A DNA stretch of 64,000 bases from Paraspadella gotoi (taxonomy: Eukaryota > Animalia > Chaetognatha). This document shows, in pieces, positions 52,885 to 64,000 of the stretch. Position 1 is the stretch's first letter; each line of letters starts with the position of its first letter. The DNA is taken from contig CM119268.1 in the NCBI GenBank assembly GCA_051294375.1, positions 2,914,184-2,978,183 on the forward strand, written 5' to 3'. The position numbers and the translations under genes were made by a program. The notes under the pieces were generated by a model. It saw nothing but the letters and a program-made list of their open reading frames with translations, made no database searches and had not been told where the DNA came from.

Positions 52885-53261
52885 GATTGGATGGAGGATC
52901 GGATTGAAGAATGTTGAGATGGTTGGAGACGAGAATAATGGAAGATTGGGTTTTGTGATTTTTTTTAAAAATCGGATCTTGGTTGATCTCGACCAGTTGT
53001 GGTGTTTTTTTATTTTGGGACAAAGCGGTTACGATGTTAAGAATAGTCGTTTCCAGTCAAAAAACCGTCTTGTTTCATTCGTTTTGTTTGTTTTTTAAAA
53101 AAATTGTTTCGTAATATTTCTCCCAATTAGCTGGAATCTCACCAAAAAAAAATTAAGATATAAAATTAATTTTTTTAGACATTTTTTTTAAGAATCGGAA
53201 AGTTTCGTGCGCCAGGCGACCGACTCACGGATTGTGAAAATTGAAAGAATATTTGAGGTTT

Positions 53262-53341
<80 letters not shown>

Positions 53342-54189
53342 TTAGAGAAATAGAAGAAAAATTTAAATATTCAAATTTTTTTTAATCGCTCTTTCTCGTG
53401 ACGCCACGAAATATTTTGGAAAACAAAAGACTTTTATTCGTTTTTAAAAATAAATTGGCGGTGAGTATTTGAATTATGGGGGAATAAATCTATTTCTAGA
53501 GAAAACGCGGGTTTATTTAATTAATTAATTACTTTTTTTTAGTTTTTCGAGGGACGAAGACAAAAGGTTAAAATCGCCTCGTGCTGCGGATTTTGAAAGG
53601 AAAAGAATCGTTATCGATTTGAGAAGGCGACACACGGAATTTATGTAAGCGCTTTTGTGTTCTTCATTAGTCTCTCTGTTGTAAGCGAAACTACTCATAA
53701 AGCAGAATAACCTGTGGTTCATTTTAAATGAGATTGAGTTCTTTAATCTCATTTACATATTGTAACAGTTTAGATTATTTTTCGTATCTTTTCCAATCGG
53801 TTTGCTTAGAAGTTTTATTTTACTTTGTTATCACTACTTATAATCAGGTTGACTAATGAATTTAATTCTGTTTTAAATTTCCAAGTATTAATTTACTTCA
53901 TTTTCTTAATTAATCTTTCCTTATTACATCGGTGTACATAACGAAAAAAAAAAGGAAGCCTCCAGTCGAAATGGGTGAGACTTCTCCCAAGATGATGGAC
54001 GTGTGACGTTTTTACGTGTGTGTTTCCTAAAGTAGAGGATTCAGGGGGAGCATGTCGTCGTCGAGTCGTCGTCGTCGTCGTCGTCGTCTTATTCGATTCG
54101 CGTATGCTTGTGTCGGCACCAGAAAAAAAAAGGATGTCATATAATTGCGGTGACTTGGGAAATTTTCATGCCGAGATCACCGGCGGGGA

Positions 54190-54215
54190 GATAGAGAGAG
54201 AGAGAGAGAGAGACG

Positions 54216-54257
<42 letters not shown>

Positions 54258-54487
54258 AGAGAGGGAGAAACTGTTTGTTTTTATTTGTTCTTCCTCTGTT
54301 TATTCTCTTCATTTCGGTTCGATATAATTCGTTCTTTCTTTTTTTTTTCGTACTAAGTCAATGTTTTCATATAGAGAGGATTTTTCTCTGATAAGATCCT
54401 GGAAAAGGTGGAGTGGTTCTCAGAAAATAAGCCTCTCTCTCAGAGAAGCATTTTCTGGAAGAAATTAGCAGGAAGCGAAGGTGGGAG

Positions 54488-54518
<31 letters not shown>

Positions 54519-54668
54519 AGAGAGATGAGAGAGAGAGAGAGAGAGAGAGAGAACTATGAAATCAACAAAAAAACAAAGAACTAAGAAAAATAGAACGAAT
54601 AAACATTTAGATAAATAAATGAATAAATAGAAATGTAAAGAAAAGAAAAGAAAAGAAAGAAAAAGAAA

Positions 54669-54704
<36 letters not shown>

Positions 54705-55901
54705 AGAAAGAAAGAAAAAGAAAAAGAAGAAAGACAGACAGACAGAAATGAAAGGAAAGAATAAATTGAGATCGGAGAAAACAGAGCTGAGCTCATGGAA
54801 CGTGAGCTTCTCTGACAAATTTATGTGTCCAAAACAGAACATCTTTGATCTTAATTGTCGGGGCTTCATTAGATCCTCTCCAGAAAGGAAAATCCCAATT
54901 CTACTTTATGAATTTTAATAAGATGAGATGGCATTTAACGGAGAGGAGATGGCATGCGAATATGGAGAGGGCATGTGTTGATATAATATAATAGAAATTG
55001 AAAAAAAATGTCGCCTAAATATTAATTTTTTTTCTTCAACATAAAAAATTAGCGAGAATTCTCTCACGGTTTCCCAGACGGAATTTAAAAACTTACCATA
55101 TAACCACAAAGTTGAAAATCAACAAGAACAAAATGAAAGGGGAAAAAATTATCAAAACTTAATTCATATTAAGTAATAAAATTAATATTTGTCGGTATTT
55201 GTTGTCAGGTGTAGGCTTCGGATTTACCCGATTTCTTTCCGGAAAAAAAAAGTTGCACCGACGGATTTTTAATAATTGTTCAGATTTGTGATTTAGTTAA
55301 ATTGTACTTAAATTCTGACGAAAGCTAACAAAACGACGAGGAAATAGAAAACACCAAACGTCATTCAATTCTCTCGATCTTTTTTTTTCTTCAAAATCTA
55401 CAAACTGTAATCGAGACTCTCCGAGTTTCGCGCCACTTCAAAATTTCAAATCCGAAAAGAAAAAAAAAAGAACAACGCATTACGAACCGAAAAAAAAAAA
55501 TTTAAAAAACAAATCTTGATATTTTTTTTTATCGCGGAATAAAGAGAATTCAAAAAGAAATATTTTATACATTCACGACGGAGAAAAAAAAACCGCATTC
55601 AAAGTTTGAAATGAAAATGAGAAAAAAAAATGAGTAATTTAAATTAACACGTAAGACGTTTTGTGGTCGATTAATTATGAGAGATGACAAAGAGGGAGAG
55701 ACAGGCGTGATGATGAGTAATGTCACAGTGTGAGAGTGAATTATGTCAGTTCGAATGGGTCACTCTCTCTAAAGTCACCGTGGGGATGTCTGATAACACA
55801 GTCGGGTTTAAAAATGTTTCGAGGGAAAAGAGTTAACACATGTTCGAGTCGAATGTGTCTTGAATGCGAGTGAAGAACAAGAGAGAGAGAGAGAGAGAGA
55901 G

Positions 55902-55943
<42 letters not shown>

Positions 55944-55967
55944 GAGAGAGAGAGAAGAGAGAGAGAG

Positions 55968-56007
<40 letters not shown>

Positions 56008-56839
56008 GAAAGAGGAGAGAGAGAGAGAAAGAAGAACAATGGAAAAGATCCATGGATTATATTACCGAAAGAAAGTACGTAATTCGACTGAAAGATTGTG
56101 AAAGACACACAACACAACAAAAACTAAATACTTTTTTGATTTTTATTCTCTCACTCTCTCTCTCTTTTCACCTAGAGAAAAAAAAACTTTCTATTAGACG
56201 AAACTATCAAGACGAATTCTTAGACTTCCTAAAAAAGTTAAGAAAAAAAGAAGTCAGCTCTTTGCACCGTGGGAGCTTATGGTNNNNNNNNNNNNNNNNN
56301 NNNNNNNNTTTTTTTTTCTTCAAAATCTACAAACTGTAATCGAGACTCTCCGAGTTTCGCGCCACTTCAAAATTTCAAATCCGAAAAGAAAAAAAAAGAA
56401 CAACGCATTACGAACCGAAAAAAAAAAAAATTTAAAAAACAAACTTGATATTTTTTTTTATCGCGGAATAAAGAGAATTCAAAAAGAAATATTTTTATAC
56501 ATTCACGACGGAGAAAAAAAAACCGCATTCAAAGTTTGAAATGAAAATGAGAAAAAAAAATGAGTAATTTAAATTAACACGTAAGACGTTTTGTGGTCGA
56601 TTAATTAATGAGAGATGACAAAGAGGAAGAGACAGGCGTGGATGATGAGTAATGTCACAGTGTGAGAGATGAATTATGTCAGTTCGAATGGGTCATCTCT
56701 CTAAAGTCACCGTGGGGATGTCTGATAACACAGTGGGTTTTAAAATGTTTCGAGGGAAAAGAGTTAACACATGTTCGAGTCGAATGTGTCTTGAAATGCG
56801 AGTGAAGAACAAAGGAGAGAGAGAGAGAAGAGAGAGAGA

Positions 56840-56905
<66 letters not shown>

Positions 56906-56924
56906 AGAAAGAGAGAGAGAGAAG

Positions 56925-56970
<46 letters not shown>

Positions 56971-57941
56971 GAGAGAGAGAGAAGGGAGACCAGAGAGGAG
57001 AATCACCGAGAGAGAGAGGAGAAAACGAACAATGGAGAATCCATGGCATTAATATTACCGAAAGAAAGTAGGTAATTTCGACTGAAAGATTGTGAAAGAC
57101 ACACAACAAACAAAAACTAAATACTTTTTTGATTTTTATTCTCTCACTCTCTCTCTCTTTTTCACCTAGAGAAAAAAAAACTTTCTATTGACGAAACTAT
57201 CAAAGACGGAATTCTTAGACTTTCCTAAAAAAGTTAAGAAAAAAAAGTCAGTTTTGCCGTGGGAAACTTTTGTTTTTAAATGCGCCAGAGATTGTCAAAC
57301 GCGCGTTTCTTCCGAATAGATTACTACGCGTAGATCGACTTAACAACCGTTGTATGCTCTGCTATGTTAATTCTTTTTTGCATTGTTCATTTTGCATCCC
57401 AGTAAACCAAAATAAATATAAATATCAACTACGTACTACCATTTCCTTTACCTTACGGAGCTTAAAAAATATTTTATATCTATATATAAATTAACTTACC
57501 CGTAATCCTCTATCGGTCCGTATCCGTTCTGGATTAGTTGAGCGGGTTGTTGTTGTTGTTGTTGTAGCTGTTGTTGTTGTTGTTGTGGTTGAACTGACTG
57601 AGCGTAGGCGTTAGGCGTCGCCATTGATTGAGCTGCGGGCAAGGCCCGATTGGAATAATCTGACCAAGGGGATGACATTAAAGTTTCAATTAGGAAAAAA
57701 AATGATATAAATATTACAATAATAATGCAAGAAATAATGTTAATATTGAATATCCCTCCCCTCGAAATGAAAAAAAAATCGGGAAAAAAATGCGACTTTG
57801 GGGACAAAAAGTCTAAGAATAAAAACATAAAATGTTTTTTATTGCATCAAAGTTGTAGAAGAGGTTTTTTTTATTTTTAATTAAAAAAATATCCAATAAA
57901 ATCAGAAATCTATTTAAAAAGTAGCTTTAATTATTTAACTT

Positions 57942-57976
<35 letters not shown>

Positions 57977-58205
57977 GAGAGAGAGAAACTGTTGTTTTTA
58001 TTTGTTCTCTCCTCTGTTTATTCTTCATTTGGTTCATATAATTCGTTCTTCTTTTTTTTTTCGTACTAAGTCAATGTTTTCATATAGAGAAGGATTTTTC
58101 TCTGATAGATCCTGGAAAAAGGTGGAGTGGTCCTCAGAAAAAGCCTCTCTTCAGAAAGCATTTTCTGGAAGATTAGACAGGAAGCGATAGGTGGGAGAGA
58201 AGAGA

Positions 58206-58251
<46 letters not shown>

Positions 58252-59619
58252 AGAGGAGAAACTATGTACAAAAAAACATAAGAACCTAAGAAACAAGAAA
58301 GAATAACATTTAGATAAATAAATGAAATAAATAGAAATGTAAAAGAAAGAAAGAAAGAAAAAAGAAAGAAAGAAAAAGAGAAAGAAAGAAAGAAAGAAGA
58401 AAGAAAGAAAAAGAAAGAAGAAAGAAAGACAGACAGACAGAAATGAAAGAAAGAATAAATTGAGATGGAGAAAACAGAGCTGAGCTCATGGACGTGACTT
58501 CTTCTGAACAAATTTATGTCCAAAACAGAACATCTTTGATCTTATTGTCGGGGCTTCATTAATTCCTCTCCAGAAGAGAAATTCCAAATTCACTTTATGA
58601 ATTTTATAAGGATGAGATGGGCAATTTAACGAGAGGAATGGCATCGAATATGGAGAGGGCATGTGTTGATTATAATATAATAGAAATTGAAAAAAAATGT
58701 CGCCTAAATATTAATTTTTTTTCTTCACAATAAAAAATAGCGAGCAATTCCTCTCAGGTTTCCCCAGACGGAAGTTTAAAACTTACCATAAACCACAAAG
58801 TTGAAAATCAATCAAGAAAACAAAATGAAATGGGGAAAAAATTATCAAAACTTAATTCATATTAAGTAATAAAAATTAGATATTTGGTCGGTATTTGTTG
58901 TCAGGGTGTAGGCTTCTTCGATTTAACCCGATTCTTTCCGGAAAAAAAAAGTTGGCACAAACCGACGGATTTTTAATAATTTTCAGATTTGTGATTTAGT
59001 TAAATTGTAACCTATCTGACGAAAGCTAACAAAACGACGAGGAAATAGAAAACACTAACGTCATTCAATTCTCCCTGATCTTTTTTTTTCTTCAAAATCT
59101 TACAAACTGTAATCGAGAACTCTCCGAGTTTTCGCGCCAGCTTTAAATTCAAATCCGAAAAGAAAAAAAAAGAACAACGCAATTACGATACCGAAAAAAA
59201 AAAATTTAAAAAACAAATCTGATATTTTTTTTATCGCGGAATAAAAGAGAACTCAAAAAAAAGAAATATTTTATACATTCACGACGGAGAAAAAAAAACG
59301 CATTCAAAGTTTGAAATGAAAATGAGAAAAAAAATGAGTAATTTGAAAATTACAACGTAAATACGTTTTGTGGTCGATAATTATGAGAGATGACAAAGAG
59401 GATGGAGACAGGCGTGATGATGATGTAATTGTGCACAGTGTGAGGATAATTATGTCAGTTAGAATGGGTCATCCTCTCTAAAGTCACCGTGGGGATGTCG
59501 TGATAACACAAGTGGGTTTTATAATATGTTTCGAGGGAAAGAGTTAACACATGTTCGAGCTCGAATGTGTTCTTGAATGGAGTGAAGAACAAAGGAGAGA
59601 GAGAGAGAAGAGAGAGAGA

Positions 59620-59685
<66 letters not shown>

Positions 59686-59704
59686 AGAAAGAGAGAGAGA
59701 GAAG

Positions 59705-59749
<45 letters not shown>

Positions 59750-60785
59750 GAGAGAGAGAGACGAGAGGAGACAGATGAGGAGAACACCGAGAGCAGAGAG
59801 GAGAAAACGAACAATGGAAATCCATGGCTCTCAATATTACCGAAAAGAAAGTTAGCGTAATTTCGACTGAAAGATTGTGAGAAGACACACAACAAACAAA
59901 AACTAAATACTTTTTTGCATTTTATTCTCTCCACTCTCTCATCTCTTTTCACCTAGAGAAAAAAAAAGACTTTCTATTGCGACTCATTCAAAGACGGACA
60001 TTCTTAGACTCCATAAAAAGTTAAGGAAAAAAAGTCAGTTGGCCGTGAACTATTTGTTTTTAAATGCCGCCACGAGATTGTCAACGCGCGTCTTTCTTCC
60101 GATAGAGTACTACTGCGTAGATCGACCTTACAAACCGTTGATGCCTCTGCTATGTTCATTTCTTTTTGCATTGTTCATTTTGGCATCCTCAGTTAAACCA
60201 AAATAAATATACAATATCAACACTACGTTACTACCATTTCCTTTACCTTACGGAGGCTTAAAATAATTGTGTTATATCTATATATAAATTACTTACCCCG
60301 TACTCCTCTAATCGCGTTCCGTATCCGTTCTGGATTAGTTTGAGGGGTTGTTGTTGTTGTTGTTGTTGTTTGTAGGTCTTGTTGTACTGTTGTTGTTTTG
60401 TGGTTGAATCTGACTGAGCGTAGGCGTTAGGCGTCGCCATTGGATAGAGCTGGCGGGCATAGGCCCGATTGTGAAATAATCTGACCCAAAAGTAGGATGG
60501 ACATTAAAGTTTGCCTTAGGAAAAAAATGATATCAATATATTACAATACATAATGCAAGAAATAATGTTAATATTGAAATTTATCCCTCAAACCCGTTAC
60601 GAAGATGAAAAAAATTCGGTGAAAAAAATGCGGACTTTGGGGACAAAGTTTAGAATAAAAAACATATAATCGTTTTTATTGCATTCAAGTTGTAAGAAAG
60701 GGTTTTTTTATTTTTAATTAAAAAATAAATCCAATAATATCGAAATCTATTTTAAAAATAGCTTTAATTTATTTAACTTTTTTTT
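54190..60785. repeat. Nested tandem re-copies: 56309-57260 repeats ~55380-56270, and 57946-60785 repeats ~54230-57940 with many indels
   Basis: Colinear blocks flanking N gaps. The last copy holds a frameshifted version of the Gln-rich exon (60295-60480). Confidence 0.8.
57500..57659 (-). CDS. Gln-rich exon, probably part of the Ena gene
   Basis: CTAAT branch site, CAG acceptor, translation DYSNRALPAAQSMATPNAYAQSVQPQQQQQQLQQQQQQPAQLIQNGYGPIEDY, then a GG|GTAAG donor (phases 1/2). Confidence 0.7.
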
Positions 60786-61589
60786 AAATCTCTTTTTGTT
60801 CTTACAAACGAATCCGGTCGGGCATTCGACAAATCCTTGAAATATTTATTATGTGAATTATTTCAGTCTTCAGCACGGAAAGTCACGCGATGCGTGTCAT
60901 CTTTTTAGCGACCGACGACCCGACCAAACTCCTTTTCAACACAACCGCACAAAAAAAAGTCAAATCACGAAATTTAAAAAAAAAGGAAAAAAAAAGAAAA
61001 AAAAAATGTCCGTAGATCGAAAAAAGAAGAAAGACGAAAAAGAATCGGCCGATGATTTTGGGCGAGACGCACTTGAGGATCTTGATTTCTCANNNNNNNN
61101 NNNNNNNNNNNNNNNNNGATGCTCTTTTTTTTAATTTTGGGTAAATTCGACGATCGACGATCCGACGACCGAGAAAATTCTAACGCGTTGAAAGAATAGT
61201 AATGACGTTGTCTCTTGGTTAATGTAATAAAATAGTAAATGTATTTAAGTAAAAAAGTAAAGTTATATTCGTCATCCACTCTCTATCTCCACTAACAAAA
61301 TCTCAAACTCAAAGAGACTCACTCCCTTCCTTTTCATATCGTTCACGCCAACGGGTTTTTTTAAAAAAAAGAAAATAACAACCCATCATTTTAGTGACCC
61401 CACCCAAACATTAGTCATCGTTAGTCGAGTTAAATAAAAAAAAAACAAAGCTTTCTCTTTAATGGATGAATAGATTAAAATAAAAAAAAACATGACAGCA
61501 AAACAAAACAAAAAAAACCAAAAAACAATTAAAAAAAAACACATCGTAACTCAAATCAAGAAACAAAAAAACAAAAGTAAAAAAAGAAC

Positions 61590-63320
61590 CTGAATAAGAT
61601 TCCTCGTCTTCCTCCATCTCTCCTCCTTCCTCTCTCCTCGTCATCTCCCACCTTCCTCCCTTTTCTTCTTCCTCCACCCATTCCTCCGTCTCTTCCTCGA
61701 TTTCCTTTCTCTCTTCCTTTCTTCTTTCCTCCTCCTCTTCCTCCCTTTCCTCGTCCACTTCCTCCACCCTCTCCCCGATCGCTCCTCCAGCCGACGACGC
61801 CGGCGAGGACGACGCCGTACGAAGAGCGGCGTCGAGAAGCGGCGGCGACGCGGAGGACGGCAGCAGCGGCGGCGTCGGCAACAGCGGCGGCGTCGGATCT
61901 TGAGCGGCGTCGTAGAAACTCAGCGGACGAGGAGATCGACGAGGCGTTCGAGGGAATTGAAGGAGATGCGTTCCAGGAGGCGACGAGGAGGCCTTCTCTC
62001 CGAAGACGCGGTTGACGGGATGTTGGGGGAACGACGGAGCGACTTCTCCCTCTCCGCCGACGCCGCCTCCGACACCGCCAGCTTCCTTCTTCTTCTTGGC
62101 AGAAGCCTTGGCGGCCAGTTCCTGCAGCACTCCCGAGAAGCTGTCTTTGTGGACTCGTTTGGAGGCTTTCAACTCCTCGTCTTCCTTCGACTCGGCGTCG
62201 ACGACCCTTTCCGAAGAAGACGGCGACGCCAACATCTCTCTCGAGTTGGAGGATCTAAGCTTCAACTCTTTCATGACGTCCCCGAATGTCTCGCGATGCT
62301 TGGCTTTGAATCTCAGCGCGGGTTTCGGGTCGGATTCTCCGCCATGGTCGAACTCGCCGCTAGGGGTGTCAGCGCCATGATCGTATCCGGCGGGATCGAC
62401 GTTGATCCTTCCAGAGTGTTCGTAAGATTGTCCGTGGTGATCACCCTCGTTTCTGACGTAATGATCGATCCCTCTGTCCGCTCGATCGACGGCGCCTCTG
62501 CCGAAACGATCGAATCTCACGCGGTCGTATCCGTTTCCCGCTCCGCCGCTGCTGCCGCTGCTGCCGCTGCCACTGCCGCTGCCGCTGCCGCCGAATCTAT
62601 CGAACCTCCTATGATCCCCCTCCCCTCCTCCGAAGCGGTCGTAGTTGCCTCGATCGTCCAGAGGGTCCGCCGAAGCCTCTCGTCGATACCTCAACGAACT
62701 CGGGTGTTGAGGCTGACGAGGCAATTCGCGATCCACGGAGCTTCTCGGTCCCAAACCTCCGAAGAGCCTCGCCGGAGTCGGCGAGGACGAAGAGCCAATC
62801 TTGTCGAGCGATTCCAATGAGAGAGCGTGCTGTAAACGCTTGATCCTTGAGCCGGACGTCTTCTTGAAGGGCGGTTCCAACTCGCCCAGACACCACCGAT
62901 CCTGCAGACCCTGCGGCGACGCCAGCGGAGAATAATCGTTGCGCTGCACGTGCTGCTGCGAGGCGCCCGGATGAGGATGTCGAGAGGCGGAAGAAGGAGG
63001 AAGGAGTTCCTGAGGCCGGGATGCAGCGCCGGCGGCCCCTGCGGCTCCCGCTGCGGCTCCCGCTGCAGCCCCGTAATGAGCATGGTGTTTGGATTTTCCG
63101 TGATGCCTCGACGGAGGCGACCCGCCGACAGAAGGAGGCGAATCTAAAAAGGTTTGAGCGGCGCGAAGGACTTCGTCCACGGAGCATTCCACGATCATCG
63201 GGGGAATTGATTCCGCCGAAGATTGAGAGGCTTCTTGTCCGATGGAGTCTTTTGTTTTTATTTCGATCGCTTCGTCTTCTTCGTTGACGTCGGCGTCCAA
63301 AGGTTCGATCCTCTCCTCTT
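61590..63320 (-). CDS. Very large (>570-codon) low-complexity exon, probably upstream in the Ena gene; 5' end lost in a gap
   Basis: Uninterrupted GC-rich ORF ending ESYS G|GTTCTT (phase 1), compatible with the 57659 acceptor. No globular domain recognised. Confidence 0.7.
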
Positions 63321-63349
63321 CTNNNNNNNNNNNNNNNNNNNNNNNNNAA

Positions 63350-64000
63350 AAAGAGAGAGATACGACGACGACGACGACGAAGAAAACGACGAACCACGAC
63401 GGTCGTCGCCTAACTCTTGGCCGAAATACGGCTCCGTTCTGGTCACGCGCCTTCGCCTCCGCCGCCGCCGCCGCCCACGCCGCTCCCGCCTCCCAGGGAG
63501 ACAGAGGAGAAGAAGGGTGAGACCAAAGGAGATGGAGAGGAATTGATGACGATGGAGAGAGAGAAGATTTGATGGAGGAAGATGGAGAATGGTGGGAGAA
63601 GAGGAAGAGGACAGGGGAGGGGAAGGAAAGTGAGAACGGACGACATGAGGATTGGTCGACGAAGAGCCGCTGCTTGCCGCTGCTATACGCTGCTACGGCC
63701 CGCTGTTGCTGCCGCGCCCGTTGCAGTTCAGGCTCGGCGCCTCGTCGACGCGGGAGTTGAGCAGGACGGAAGAGCGCGGGAGACCGCGCCGCCTGCGGAG
63801 GAAAACGCGACGGAGCAGCGAGGAGAATCTGTGCTGCGCGGGACGGAGAACGGGACGGACGACGCCGAATGGCGAGGCGTCGGGTGAGTCATCTGCGTGA
63901 TCATCGGTGAGCTTCGGGTGAATCTCGGTTGACTCGTTCGGATCGCGCGGAATCGCTTGAGTAAATCTTGTATTTTGAGAAAAAAGATTGCCAAAGATTT
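63350..64000 (-). pseudogene. Indel-rich re-copy of ~50930-51580; probably an assembly artefact
   Basis: Colinear with the 51-kb exon, frameshifted, and begins right at an N gap. Confidence 0.75.

Overview
AT-rich animal (eumetazoan-type) genomic DNA from a rough draft assembly, with many N gaps, dense (AG)n, (GAC)n, (GAAA)n and (GACC)n repeats, and several tandem re-copies that carry indel errors. Most ORF-track entries are microsatellite or gap artefacts. Splicing by hand gives these genes. (1) The last three exons of a Rac-like Rho GTPase (+, 2691-3649, ending in CRLL). (2) A complete 7-exon PTF1a/Fer1-type bHLH gene (+, 18414-23556). All splice phases are compatible, and it predicts about 1050 aa with a very long repeat-built acidic N-terminus and an intact RBPJ-binding IWTP motif. 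A frameshifted second copy lies at 26069-33330 and is probably an assembly artefact. (3) Two diverged tandem paralogues encoding 74-aa and 85-aa microproteins (+, 34179-34529 and 35921-37081), with 11-residue amphipathic periodicity and an acidic tail, reminiscent of synucleins. This is the most novel-looking item. (4) An Ena/VASP gene (-, about 40833 to beyond 63300) with a Pro-rich region, the EVH2 blocks, the tetramerisation coil, a 21-nt microexon and several very large low-complexity upstream exons; its EVH1 exons were not found in the window. All calls were made by eye and no database searches were run.
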